A stretch of DNA of 64,000 nt, taken from positions 344,181-408,180 of the forward strand of contig JAMPDF010000001.1 of the NCBI GenBank assembly GCA_023665755.1. The letters run 5' to 3'. This stretch comes from Prevotella sp. Lineage in GTDB: Bacteria; Bacillota_I; Bacilli_A; ML615J-28; CAG-313. Position numbers and translations under genes: made by a program. Of this stretch, positions 1 through 9,446 are shown piece after piece. A model generated the notes under the pieces. That model was not told the origin of the DNA. It saw only the letters and a program-made list of their open reading frames with translations, and made no database searches. Each line of letters begins with the position of its first letter. The first letter of the stretch is position 1.

Positions 1-54
1 CATTTTTTTCTTCTTTTAGTTGTTTAATTCTTTGGATATATTCATTCTTATCCA
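1..54 (-). CDS. 5' end of a gene that continues beyond the window edge (MDKNEYIQRIKQLKEEKN...). The N-terminus looks like an XRE-type HTH regulator.
   Basis: An ATG at 52..54 on the minus strand follows an AAAGTGGTGA RBS-like stretch. The frame stays open to position 1. Confidence 0.3.
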
Positions 55-159
55 TTTTATCACCACTTTTTCTTTGTCTATTATATCATTTTTTATGATA
101 ATTGACAAATAATATGAAAAAAGATAGAGCATTTCATCTCCTCTATCTTCATTTTATTC

Positions 160-1257
160 TTAAGAATCACCCATTATAGCAAATAAAAATACACCTATTA
201 GTACAATAAGAATCAACAATACAAGCAAAGATACCTTTATAGCTGATATAGGGGTCTTTCCAGTTATTTTTCCATTCTCACCATTTATGATAAAGCGATA
301 TGATTTTTGACCAAATTGAAATGCGCCAATCCAAATAGGTACAAGTACATATTTATACTTGATATTATTATATAGTGTTTGAATATGGATGTAAGATACC
401 ACATCATAGCTATATCCTCTTAAAATTTCATTTTTAACAACTGTATTGATGCGATTTTTAGCATTGGTCCAACCATTTTCAAGACGGACTACATAATGCT
501 CTGAAGCAAAGCCAGCCAAATAACGTTTATCATATACATAAGCATTGTTGGTATCAAATGGAGAAATGGAATTTATCTCACTTTGGCTAATTTTTGTGCC
601 TGCATTTACAATTAAGTCATCAAAGGTAACATCTTTTTTCCCTTTAATGTGAAAATACCTCACTTCAGTAACAGTATGAGCATTTTTTCCCGTTCCTACT
701 GTCCTTGTATAATGTTTTCCTAATTCTCCATCATAATTTGAGGAAGTTTCAGTATCAAATGTCCATACTGGTAAATATACACCTCCTAGTTGCAAATGCA
801 AAATCGTTTTTTTGACACTACTTGGTACAAAAAACTTTTTTCTCAACCATTTGCTATAGATGTCTTTGGCTAGTTGATTGGAAATTTGAAAAGGAATAAC
901 ACGATGAGGCTTGATTCCTGCTAGTTCATCTGTATCAACTACTTGATTAGAACCACAAAAAGGGCACCGAATGCTAATTTCACCAGAATCAACTACGTTA
1001 TTTGCTCCACAATTATCACAATGAACTACTTTTGCTTCTTTATTCCACTCTGAATCATCTATTTTTCCCGCGTTAAAATCATTTTCGATACGACTATGAA
1101 TTCCCGTTATTTCCCCCTCATACCCACAGTATTCACAATGTAAAACTGCCTTTGATGGATCATATTGAACAGGTGCACCACAATTTGGACAACTATAATC
1201 TTGTGCCTTACGATTGGCTTCATCAACTATGATTTCTTGATTGTCTCCAGCACTCAT
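160..1257 (-). CDS. Multi zinc-ribbon protein (at least four CxxC...CxxC pairs) with a C-terminal transmembrane anchor. It may pair with the SPFH protein upstream, as in the B. subtilis YdjG/YdjI arrangement.
   Basis: 365 aa ORF. Repeated CPNCG / CEYCG / CDNCG / CPFCG motifs. Hydrophobic C-terminus LLVLLILIVLIGVFLFAI. Confidence 0.55.
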   Translation of the reverse strand: MSAGDNQEIIVDEANRKAQDYSCPNCGAPVQYDPSKAVLHCEYCGYEGEITGIHSRIENDFNAGKIDDSEWNKEAKVVHCDNCGANNVVDSGEISIRCPFCGSNQVVDTDELAGIKPHRVIPFQISNQLAKDIYSKWLRKKFFVPSSVKKTILHLQLGGVYLPVWTFDTETSSNYDGELGKHYTRTVGTGKNAHTVTEVRYFHIKGKKDVTFDDLIVNAGTKISQSEINSISPFDTNNAYVYDKRYLAGFASEHYVVRLENGWTNAKNRINTVVKNEILRGYSYDVVSYIHIQTLYNNIKYKYVLVPIWIGAFQFGQKSYRFIINGENGKITGKTPISAIKVSLLVLLILIVLIGVFLFAIMGDS

Positions 1258-1279
1258 ACAATTACTCCCTTACAATCAA

Positions 1280-2344
1280 TTATTCTGCAGATTTGCCACA
1301 ATTGGAACAAAATTTTGCTCCTTCACTAAGTGGAGATCCACAGTTCGAGCAGAATGCTTTTTTTCGACTTTCTACTTTAGCACCGCAATTCGAACAAAAT
1401 TTTGCATCTACATGAAGTACAGTACCACATTTACCACATACCATAGAAGTCTTATCCTGTGTAGATTCTGCAGGTTGTTGTGCAGTTATTGTATTATTTT
1501 GCATTGCATTCACCATCGCTACACCAGCGCCAAGGCCAACTCCCATTCCAGCAATCCCTGCTCCTCCAGCAGGATTATTGGCTGCATCTCTAATGGCTTG
1601 AGCAGTTTGATATTGAGTAAACTCGCCCATTACACCACGCATAGCACCAACTGATGAACGTTGATCAATAGCCCTTTCAACCTCTTCTGGAAGAGATACA
1701 TTTTCAACCAATAAATTTACAAGTTCAATACCAATTTTATCAAAATCAGTTTGAATATTTTCTTTTACAGCATCACCCAATTCACGATATTTAGCAGGAA
1801 TATCCAAAACAGGCATTTGTAATTCCCCAATTGTATCTGAGAATCCTGTTACGATAATACTTTTGAAATATTCTTTTAAACTATTAGTCTGATAATCTCG
1901 ATTGGTACCAAAAATTTCTCTCATAAATTGAGGTGCATCTTTAACTTTAAAAGAATACATTCCTCTTGCACCAACACGTACAATTCCAAAATCAGCATCT
2001 CTTAAACTAATTTTACTTGCTGTACCCCACTTTTGATGAATAAACTGCTTGGTATTGACAAAATATACTTCTGCTTTAAATGGAGAGTCAAATCCATATT
2101 TCCAAGAAAAAATCTTTGTCAAAATTGGCATATTATTGGTAGTTAGCTTATGTGTACCTTCTCCGTAAACATCACCTATTTGGCCGCCTGCCACTAAAAT
2201 AGCTACTTGTGAAGGGCGAACAATCAGTTGACATCCATTCATAATTTCATCACGATCTGTCATTGGATAACGATATACTATCGTTTCCGTCGATGTATCC
2301 TCCCAACTAATTACTTTTAATAATTGTCTTTTAATAAATCCCAT
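1280..2344 (-). CDS. SPFH/band-7 domain protein with three C-terminal zinc ribbons (YdjI / COG4260-like).
   Basis: 354 aa. The N-terminal ~250 aa resemble the SPFH fold. The C-terminus carries CGKCG..CSNCG, CSNCG..CSNCG repeats. Confidence 0.55.
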   Translation of the reverse strand: MGFIKRQLLKVISWEDTSTETIVYRYPMTDRDEIMNGCQLIVRPSQVAILVAGGQIGDVYGEGTHKLTTNNMPILTKIFSWKYGFDSPFKAEVYFVNTKQFIHQKWGTASKISLRDADFGIVRVGARGMYSFKVKDAPQFMREIFGTNRDYQTNSLKEYFKSIIVTGFSDTIGELQMPVLDIPAKYRELGDAVKENIQTDFDKIGIELVNLLVENVSLPEEVERAIDQRSSVGAMRGVMGEFTQYQTAQAIRDAANNPAGGAGIAGMGVGLGAGVAMVNAMQNNTITAQQPAESTQDKTSMVCGKCGTVLHVDAKFCSNCGAKVESRKKAFCSNCGSPLSEGAKFCSNCGKSAE

Positions 2345-2359
2345 ATTATCCTCCTATAT

Positions 2360-3868
2360 TTATTGATTAATTTTATATTGTAGTGTGGCTTGAATAGCTG
2401 TTTTCCAGCCTTTCATCCTCTTTCTTCTTTCATTTTCATCCATCCTACTGACAAATACTTGTTCTACTTGATGCAAATGTTGGATTTCTTCTTTTGAATG
2501 AAAAATACCAGTTGAAAGACCCGCTAGATAGGTTGCTCCAAGTGCAGTAGTCTCTTTACACAATGGGCGAATCAATTTACAATTCAATAAATCTGCTTGA
2601 AATTGCATCATATAATCATTCACACTAGCTCCACCATCTACGCCCAAATATTGTATATCATAATTTGATTCTTCTTGCATCACATCCATCACATCTTTGG
2701 CTTGATATGCTATTGACTCAATTGTTGCTGCAGTAATATGATTTTTTGTTGTTGAACGAGTAATTCCAAAAATCGCTCCTCTAGCATCATTATCCCAATA
2801 GGGTGTACCTAGTCCTACAAATGCGGGAACAATATAAACTCCTTGACTAGGATGATTATCCCGAGTAGCTGTTTCACATTCTGAAGACGTCTTAAAAAAT
2901 TCTAAACCATCACGAAGCCACTGAATGGCAGAGCCTGCAACAAATACAGATCCTTCTAATGCATATTCAATCTCTCCATTTAATCCCCAAGCAATTGTGG
3001 TTAACAATCCTTTTTGTGAGGTAATTCGTTGTGTACCTGTATTCATCAATATAAAACAGCCTGTTCCATATGTACTTTTTATGCTGCCTGCTTCAAAACA
3101 ACACTGACCAAATAATGCGGCCTGTTGGTCACCTATCATTGACGCAATTGGAACCTTTTCAAAAGATGGATCAATACTAGACAAGGCTGTAGCATATCCA
3201 AATATATAACTACTTGGCTTAACCTCAGGTAACATTGACATAGGTACATCAAAATAGGTCATTAACTCCTCATCCCATTTCAAGGTATTGATGTTATATA
3301 ATAATGTCCTTGAAGCATTGCTATAATCTGTAGCATGTACTCTTCCTCTAGTCAGTTTCCATAATAAGTAGGTATCAATTGTACCAAATAGTAATTCTCC
3401 TTGATCGGCACGTTCTTTTACACCTTCAACGTGATCAAAAATCCATTTGATTTTACTTGCTGAAAAATAAGGATTGATAACAAGACCCGTCTTTTCTAAA
3501 AATTCACTTTCTTTATTTTTTTGGATAAGACTTTCACAAATAGACTGTGATTGCCTAGATTGCCATACGATAGCATTGTATACAGGCTTTCCAGTAAATC
3601 GATCCCACACGATAGTTGTTTCGCGTTGATTAGTTATACCAATTGCTTTAATAAAAGAAACATCAATATTGCTTTGACGAATCACATTTTGAATTGTTTG
3701 ATATACCAATTCCCAAATCTCCTCAGGATTTTGTTCTACCCATCCACTATTTGGACAAATTGGACTAAACTCTATTTGATTCATCGCAATAATATTGACA
3801 CTTTCATCAAATAGTATTGCCCTTGTACTTGTTGTACCTTGATCAATTGTTAAGATATATTGTTTCAT
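2360..3868 (-). CDS. glpK: Glycerol kinase.
   Basis: FGGY kinase N-terminus MKQYILTIDQGTTSTRAILFD. It is ~500 aa with conserved GlpK blocks throughout. An RBS GAAGGATAC lies before the ATG at 3868. The listed ORF start at 3925 is probably too far upstream. Confidence 0.9.
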   Translation of the reverse strand: MKQYILTIDQGTTSTRAILFDESVNIIAMNQIEFSPICPNSGWVEQNPEEIWELVYQTIQNVIRQSNIDVSFIKAIGITNQRETTIVWDRFTGKPVYNAIVWQSRQSQSICESLIQKNKESEFLEKTGLVINPYFSASKIKWIFDHVEGVKERADQGELLFGTIDTYLLWKLTRGRVHATDYSNASRTLLYNINTLKWDEELMTYFDVPMSMLPEVKPSSYIFGYATALSSIDPSFEKVPIASMIGDQQAALFGQCCFEAGSIKSTYGTGCFILMNTGTQRITSQKGLLTTIAWGLNGEIEYALEGSVFVAGSAIQWLRDGLEFFKTSSECETATRDNHPSQGVYIVPAFVGLGTPYWDNDARGAIFGITRSTTKNHITAATIESIAYQAKDVMDVMQEESNYDIQYLGVDGGASVNDYMMQFQADLLNCKLIRPLCKETTALGATYLAGLSTGIFHSKEEIQHLHQVEQVFVSRMDENERRKRMKGWKTAIQATLQYKINQ

Positions 3869-3917
3869 TTTGTATCCTTCACTTCTATTTTTACTTATTA
3901 TACCATATTTTCTTTTA

Positions 3918-3947
3918 AAAAACAACCCATAATGAGTTGTTTTTTTG
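3918..3947 (-). terminator. Rho-independent terminator after the substrate-binding gene.
   Basis: AACAAC..GTTGTT hairpin followed by a T-run on the minus strand. Confidence 0.45.
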
Positions 3948-3949
3948 CT

Positions 3950-4963
3950 TTATTCTTTTTTTGTCTGCGCAACCACTTGTTTCGCAACTTCTAAATCAAC
4001 TAAAATATTGAAGTCTACTTTACTATCTAATTCTTTTGCTTCAATCATAATATCTTGAAGACGATCAAAGCCTTTTTCTGAAAAAATTGGAGTTGTACAC
4101 CAAGCATTTATAGAACGATATCTCTTTACCACTTCAACCAAAATATCTAAATCTGTATCCATAAAGAAAGGTTGTACAGCTTTAGCAATCTCTTCATCGG
4201 TTGCCGTTCGAACAAACTGCTGTCCCTTATAAAGTGCTCTTGTAAATTTTTGAATCGTTTCTTGATTTTTATTAAAATAACTAATTGATGTTGAATAAGC
4301 TGTATATGTGATTTCTCCCGCATAATCGGCCACTGGTGCTAGTAAATGTGCTCTTTTTTCTTGAACAATTGCTGTTGCTGTTGGTTCAAATAATGTAACA
4401 AAATCCCCCTCACCGTCTAAAAACGATCCAGCAAGTGCCGCAAATGCTACGTCCGTTCTTACATTTACCTCTTTGGTCGCATCATCTTGACCAACATCTA
4501 GTCCAGCCTCTTTTAAGACATACTCTAGTGTCATTTCAGGAACTCCACCCTTTCTGCCACCTAAAATAGATTTTCCTTTCAGTTGATCTAAAGTGAAATT
4601 TTCAATCGGTTCTCTACCAAAAATAAAGCTACCATCTGTTCTAGTTAATTGGGCAAAATTAATTAGATAATCACTTTTATCCTTTTTATATAAATAAATA
4701 GTAGGTTCAGGACCTTGCAAACCAATTTGTGCATCGCCTGAAAGTAATGCTGCGGTTACTTTATCTGCACCATTTGCATTGATTAAATCAATCTTTAGTC
4801 CTTCCTCTTCAAAATAGCCATTGGTGATGGCTGCATATTGTGGTGCATAGAAAATGGATCTTGCTACTTCAACCACTTTGATTTTTTCCAATTTATCTTT
4901 CTTACACCCAAATAATAAGACGCTACTGGTTAATAATAATAGAAAACATAATATTTTTTTCAT
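3950..4963 (-). CDS. ABC transporter substrate-binding lipoprotein, NMT1/SsuA/ThiY-like (NitT/TauT family).
   Basis: Signal peptide plus lipobox LLFGC. The NMT1-like fold is suggested by the sequence. Its cognate permease and ATPase lie at 44880..46359, on the far side of the prophage. Confidence 0.7.
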   Translation of the reverse strand: MKKILCFLLLLTSSVLLFGCKKDKLEKIKVVEVARSIFYAPQYAAITNGYFEEEGLKIDLINANGADKVTAALLSGDAQIGLQGPEPTIYLYKKDKSDYLINFAQLTRTDGSFIFGREPIENFTLDQLKGKSILGGRKGGVPEMTLEYVLKEAGLDVGQDDATKEVNVRTDVAFAALAGSFLDGEGDFVTLFEPTATAIVQEKRAHLLAPVADYAGEITYTAYSTSISYFNKNQETIQKFTRALYKGQQFVRTATDEEIAKAVQPFFMDTDLDILVEVVKRYRSINAWCTTPIFSEKGFDRLQDIMIEAKELDSKVDFNILVDLEVAKQVVAQTKKE

Positions 4964-4964
4964 T

Positions 4965-5087
4965 TTAATTCCTCTTCTTTCTTATTTTTTTCTCTATCCA
5001 ATTGACAACTTCATACATTAAAAAAGAAATTATAGCCAGGACAATTACACCCATCATCACTAAATCCATATTAAAAGTCTGTAATAC
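4965..5087 (-). pseudogene. Detached 3' end of the ABC permease gene (..LQTFNMDLVMMGVIVLAIISFLMYEVVNWIEKKIRKKRN*), separated from the gene body by the prophage insertion.
   Basis: It matches the characteristic C-terminus of SsuC/ThiX-type permeases. It is in frame with the permease body at 44964.. if joined at the shared AATAC core. Its stop codon lies 1 nt from the substrate-binding gene start. Confidence 0.55.
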
Positions 5088-5215
5088 AAAAAGCAAAAAT
5101 AGCAATTATTTTTAGTTTTTTATAATTTTTTTATGCTAAAATTGAATTTTTTCATTTTTTGAATTTCGGTCCTTATTATTATATAGTATATTTGAACAAA
5201 AAAAGAGCATTATGC

Positions 5216-5244
5216 TTTACTTGTCAAGCAATATGTGGTATAAT
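5216..5244 (+). promoter_or_regulatory. Sigma-A-type promoter with an extended -10 (TTTACT-17-TGgTATAAT) driving the rightward four-gene operon.
   Basis: -35 at 5216..5221 and -10 at 5239..5244. A CTTGTCAAG palindrome overlaps the spacer. Confidence 0.4.
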
Positions 5245-5276
5245 GTTAGTGTAAATAAATGAAAGAGGTATTAAAT

Positions 5277-5531
5277 ATGACAAGAAAAATGGTAAACGTT
5301 ATTTATAGAAATAATAAATTAGGAAACATTTCTATCGATAGCAAGATTATTTCAAGATTGTATACTGAAGCTGATAGTGATATGACTTATGCAAACGCAT
5401 ATATGAGCGAATTGCAAAGAGATCAAAAGAAAGAAATTGAAAGCCAAATAATGGAGAATTTAATTAACGGAAATTATTTGGTTGCTGAAGAATTAATCAA
5501 CAATGAATATTCTTGGGTTTTAAAAAAATAA
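5277..5531 (+). CDS. Hypothetical phage accessory protein.
   Basis: ORF with RBS GAAAGAGG before the ATG at 5277. The ATG at 5259 has no RBS. Confidence 0.4.
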   Translation: MTRKMVNVIYRNNKLGNISIDSKIISRLYTEADSDMTYANAYMSELQRDQKKEIESQIMENLINGNYLVAEELINNEYSWVLKK

Positions 5532-5548
5532 TTAAAGGAGGAAAAGAA

Positions 5549-5830
5549 ATGAAAAAAGTTATTTTAAAAAAAGAAATCTTAACAAGGAATAATATAATAG
5601 ATTTTACTTTCTATGAAACAAAGGAAAAAGAAGAATATTGTTATTCTTCTTGGGATGAAGCAGTAAATAAATACAACGAATTACTGCAGAATTGCAAAAA
5701 AGAGGCAAAAAGTGATTTGCCTAATAAATGGCTTTGCGAAAAAAGCCATTATTACGATGTATTAATCGTAGATGAAGATGGTATAGCATATGGACAAAAA
5801 ATAATGTCTGATGGAACAATTATTAAATAG
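5549..5830 (+). CDS. Hypothetical protein.
   Basis: RBS AAAGGAGG 8 nt before the ATG. 93 aa. Confidence 0.45.
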   Translation: MKKVILKKEILTRNNIIDFTFYETKEKEEYCYSSWDEAVNKYNELLQNCKKEAKSDLPNKWLCEKSHYYDVLIVDEDGIAYGQKIMSDGTIIK

Positions 5831-5840
5831 GAGAAAAAAT

Positions 5841-6347
5841 ATGAAAAATTTAGAAAAAAGCATTGAATTTTTAGAAAAAAAAGATTACACCATATGGGTA
5901 GAAAAGGATAGGCAAACATCTTCAATTGCCTATCCAAGACATCTAGGCAATTATGCCTTTATTGTTATTGCAGATGGCGACAAAATACCATCACTAAAAA
6001 CAAATGATGAAAAAGATGTTATTCGTTTTGCATTCGATTTATGGGAAGAGGACATCCAATTTGAAATGGATGGAAACAACAATTATATGTTCCAATTGGA
6101 TCATAACGTTTATAAAGCTCATAAATATTGTGAAAATGATTCTATCGAAAATCCAAAAGGTTTCTGTGGCGATTCTACAGAAATTTCTTACAAAGATTAT
6201 GTTTATGCAAAACAACACGAACTAAACTTTGAAGAAATGACATATGGCGAAGAACGTGAAATATATTCATACACATTTAGTGTTTCGGATGAAGATGGCG
6301 ATTATGAAACTAAAGATAGTTTCTATAGTTTCGTAAAGGTATGGTAG
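5841..6347 (+). CDS. Hypothetical protein.
   Basis: RBS AGGAGAAAA before the ATG. 168 aa. Confidence 0.45.
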   Translation: MKNLEKSIEFLEKKDYTIWVEKDRQTSSIAYPRHLGNYAFIVIADGDKIPSLKTNDEKDVIRFAFDLWEEDIQFEMDGNNNYMFQLDHNVYKAHKYCENDSIENPKGFCGDSTEISYKDYVYAKQHELNFEEMTYGEEREIYSYTFSVSDEDGDYETKDSFYSFVKVW

Positions 6348-6847
6348 GCGATGCTATGTTATCTAATAGAGAGATAAATAGAATCACTTACCTAATTAAC
6401 GAATTATTGGCAGACTTTAGTTCAGGTTTGCCTTTAAATTCCAAAATAGTCATTATATATGACAAAAATGGCAACATCGAAGATTATGATATGCTAGATG
6501 ATGTTAATGATGATGGCGCAGACAATATTTTCTTTGATGAAGAGGATGTTCACCTTCCTTTTGTCGCTTATGAAGACGAAGAATACGAAGAAACAGATAG
6601 GAAAACAGCTCTTATTTATTTCTTGACCTGTATTCATCCTGATTTGCCATACAATGCCTGCGTTTTAAAGGCAATAAGGCTCATATTTGACCTTAGCCAA
6701 CAAGAAATGGCAAATAGATTAGGCATTGCAAAACAGTTCTATAATCAAATGGAAAACGGCACAAGACCTGTTTCAAAGAATGTAATAGAAAAAATTGCAA
6801 TGTTGGATAATTTTAGTGAAAAAGATTTCAAAAAAAAGGGCGAGTAG
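6341..6847 (+). CDS. Protein with an acidic N-terminal domain and a C-terminal XRE-family HTH domain.
   Basis: HTH signature LSQQEMANRLGIAKQFYNQMENGTRPVS near the C-terminus. Its start overlaps the upstream gene by 7 nt. Confidence 0.5.
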   Translation: MVGDAMLSNREINRITYLINELLADFSSGLPLNSKIVIIYDKNGNIEDYDMLDDVNDDGADNIFFDEEDVHLPFVAYEDEEYEETDRKTALIYFLTCIHPDLPYNACVLKAIRLIFDLSQQEMANRLGIAKQFYNQMENGTRPVSKNVIEKIAMLDNFSEKDFKKKGE

Positions 6848-6875
6848 TAATTCTACTCGCTTTTTATTTTTCCTA
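6838..6875. terminator. Bidirectional rho-independent terminator between convergent operons.
   Basis: GCGAGTAG..CTACTCGC hairpin flanked by an A-run and a T-run. Confidence 0.5.
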
Positions 6876-7734
6876 AAATAAACATTTTGTTGAAAAATTT
6901 GTTCAAAATGTTCTTCTTTTCCTTAAATGCACCAACTTTATATCGCATTATTATTTTTTCACCTTCATTATATCCAGTATAACAATTAACAGCTATTAAT
7001 AACGTTCTCCAAACTGTGTCATAAACTCCTTGCCATCCACCTTTTAACACTCCCAATCCAATTGATGCAAATAAGCAGGAAAACAAGACAGAAAAAGCAA
7101 TTTTAGAGGTAGAATCACGGGCTATAACTTTATTAGGCTCAAAGCTTCCTATTTCGTCTGTAAACGTCTTTTGACCAATGCTAAATGATCGTTCATCTAT
7201 TTTTAAGCACTTTACATTTTTAGTTGTTATATCAAAATCATTATTTGGCATCTCTACTACATTGTTTTTTTCTGGTATATTTAAATATTTGTAGTATTTG
7301 AGCCACTCGATACATTTGTCTTTTTCTTTAATTAGTTCATTTCTTTTGTTTTCTTCTTTCGCTTTTGAAATTTGAATATTTAATTTTTCAATATACGCAT
7401 CACATCGATAGATTAAATTTTCAATTTTAATCATATCATACAAATCATTTGTTAAAAATGTGTTATCAACTGTTCTAAAATCTGTTTTTACGTCATCTTC
7501 TAACGCTATTACTTCGTCTAATTTACTTGTAGCATTTCTCCCTACTGCAATGAAAGCAAAATAAGGAGTTAATGTCAGAACCTGTGTAGTTGCAATATTG
7601 CTCCAAAATGATGGATTTTTTAATGTGTCAAAAGAAAAATCTAATGTTATTAAAGATAATAGTATGTTGACAAATAATACTGCCAATATAACTAATCCAA
7701 TGATGAAATACAATGTTTTATCATTTTTGTTCAT
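6853..7734 (-). CDS. Membrane protein with an N-terminal TM helix and C-terminal TM helices.
   Basis: 293 aa. Hydrophobic segments at both ends. It is the last gene of the minus-strand block. Confidence 0.45.
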   Translation of the reverse strand: MNKNDKTLYFIIGLVILAVLFVNILLSLITLDFSFDTLKNPSFWSNIATTQVLTLTPYFAFIAVGRNATSKLDEVIALEDDVKTDFRTVDNTFLTNDLYDMIKIENLIYRCDAYIEKLNIQISKAKEENKRNELIKEKDKCIEWLKYYKYLNIPEKNNVVEMPNNDFDITTKNVKCLKIDERSFSIGQKTFTDEIGSFEPNKVIARDSTSKIAFSVLFSCLFASIGLGVLKGGWQGVYDTVWRTLLIAVNCYTGYNEGEKIIMRYKVGAFKEKKNILNKFFNKMFILGKIKSE

Positions 7735-8297
7735 TCTTCCATTTCCTCTCTTTCTTTGCGAAGTTCATCCCTTCTTCTTTGGATATCTTCGATTTTTCTT
7801 GCCTCTTTGTCAATTTCTAAATCATATAAATATTTGCGATTGATTGCAGCATCTACAATTTGCAGACATAAACCCATACAAATGCTGAATATAATTAACC
7901 AGATATGTTTTGCAATATCAAGCTTTGGCATTTTATTCAATAGATCCTGGATCAATTGAACGAATGCAGCAAGAATAGTAACGGGTATAAGTGAAACAAT
8001 TCCCCCAATAAATGTTTTAAATGGGCTAGGTTTTAAATCTAAAATCTTTTTTTTCAAGTGTTTAGCCAAAAAAACTAAATAAATTAATCCTGCGATGCAC
8101 CATGTGATAGATAGCGTTTCTTTTGCAGTCATTTCAATTTTTTTTAAAACGAATAAATTTTCTGCAATCAAACCCATAGGAAAGAAATAGAGGAATATAA
8201 AACCTGAAAAATAAAGTATTCGCCTTGAAATATGCGTTTTAAGACTACTTAACTCGTTTAATTTCTTTCTTTTCATCTTCTTTTGCCTCTTGTTCAA
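7731..8297 (-). CDS. Polytopic membrane protein (about 4 TM helices) with a charged coiled-coil C-terminus.
   Basis: 188 aa. Its stop overlaps the downstream gene start. The tail is rich in E/R/K. Confidence 0.45.
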   Translation of the reverse strand: MNKRQKKMKRKKLNELSSLKTHISRRILYFSGFIFLYFFPMGLIAENLFVLKKIEMTAKETLSITWCIAGLIYLVFLAKHLKKKILDLKPSPFKTFIGGIVSLIPVTILAAFVQLIQDLLNKMPKLDIAKHIWLIIFSICMGLCLQIVDAAINRKYLYDLEIDKEARKIEDIQRRRDELRKEREEMEE

Positions 8298-8745
8298 CGA
8301 TTATAGCGTTTGAATCAGGTAATTGCTGAGTTTCATTGTTTTCAATTGCTGTGAGAGCGTCTTTTGTATCTTCTTTTATCTTTAGGATATCTTCTACTAA
8401 CAATTTAGCAGATGCTTGTAAATTTGAATTATTAAAAGCGATGGTTAAAGCTTCATTTTGCTTTTTTGCGATTTCTACTGATTGTTCTAGTGCTTTTGCC
8501 ATTTTAAGATATTCTTTTTTCAACTCATCTACAGTGTTTTCTGCATTTACCACATATTTATCATACATATTTTTAATCTCTTTAATTTCTGCACTTTTCT
8601 TATCTAATTTAATTGTCAGTTTTGTTTTGGCTACTTTATCTATTACTTTTGAAAAAATAAAATAAAGAACAGAACCAACTAATCCTATGTTTAATACTCC
8701 GCTACTTTTTACAAATTCTAATACTTGATTTAATATTTCTTGCAT
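8245..8745 (-). CDS. Single-pass membrane protein with a long coiled-coil.
   Basis: TM segment near the N-terminus (IGLVGSVLYFIFS). The remainder is K/E-rich and helical. Confidence 0.4.
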   Translation of the reverse strand: MQEILNQVLEFVKSSGVLNIGLVGSVLYFIFSKVIDKVAKTKLTIKLDKKSAEIKEIKNMYDKYVVNAENTVDELKKEYLKMAKALEQSVEIAKKQNEALTIAFNNSNLQASAKLLVEDILKIKEDTKDALTAIENNETQQLPDSNAIIVEQEAKEDEKKEIKRVK

Positions 8746-8758
8746 ATTTTACCTCCTC

Positions 8759-9070
8759 TTATGCTAAAAATCTTTTGCTATCAATATATTCAGCTAATTT
8801 GATAACTGTATTTTTTAAATTTTCTACTTCTTTTTGCAATTTTTCGTTTTCTTCTTGTAATTTTTGAATTTGATTGCCTAATGTTGTTTCTTGATATGGT
8901 ATATCTTCTAATTTTTCAAAAACAAACTCTTTATCTTGCGCATCAACACACAAAAATACGCTATTATTTATTGCTTTCTGTTCTGCATTTAATATGCTCA
9001 TCTTTGTACTTTCTTCAAATCGTTTTTTATATTTCATATTTTTCTCCTTATAAAAACACAGGTCTTTCAA
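8759..9070 (-). CDS. Small coiled-coil protein.
   Basis: 103 aa with a heptad-rich C-terminus. Confidence 0.4.
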   Translation of the reverse strand: MKDLCFYKEKNMKYKKRFEESTKMSILNAEQKAINNSVFLCVDAQDKEFVFEKLEDIPYQETTLGNQIQKLQEENEKLQKEVENLKNTVIKLAEYIDSKRFLA

Positions 9071-9077
9071 CCTGTGC

Positions 9078-9446
9078 CTATTCTACTTTCCAAACCAAAT
9101 CTATTATTTCATTTCTACAGTCCCAAATATCATACAGAGTTCCATCGATGCCACAAGTAAGGTGACCTTCTACACGTATGATGTAGATACCTTTAGGATT
9201 TTGGTTTAAAAATTCTTCAATTGTAAAGCCATGATAGCTTTCTATTCGCACCAACTTAAATACTTCATCTAGTAAATGCTTATAACAGCATACGCATAAC
9301 TCTTCGCACTCAAATAATTCGCCAATTAGTTCTAATTTGTGTTTAGTATCGTAATAATCAAGCCCTACACCAAGTGATATCGCCCTGCAAACACAGTCTT
9401 CTTCTCTTTTCCCAAGTGGTTGAAGATTCAAGAATTTGTAACGCAT
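9078..9446 (-). CDS. Cys-rich hypothetical protein.
   Basis: 122 aa. CVC..CVCC cluster. Stop/start overlap with the upstream gene. Confidence 0.4.
   Translation of the reverse strand: MRYKFLNLQPLGKREEDCVCRAISLGVGLDYYDTKHKLELIGELFECEELCVCCYKHLLDEVFKLVRIESYHGFTIEEFLNQNPKGIYIIRVEGHLTCGIDGTLYDIWDCRNEIIDLVWKVE

Noticed and set aside
1241-1654. 137 aa plus-strand ORF antisense to the SPFH gene. Similar antisense ORFs occur at 2925..3107, 3551..3814, 8336..8665, 12035..12417, 22349..22837, 24504..24941, 27122..27860, 28415..28801, 47042..47668 and 53-kb region.
   Set aside because: All lie fully inside well-supported genes on the other strand and have Cys/Ser/Phe-rich low-complexity translations typical of antisense reading of AT-rich coding DNA. 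None has an RBS.
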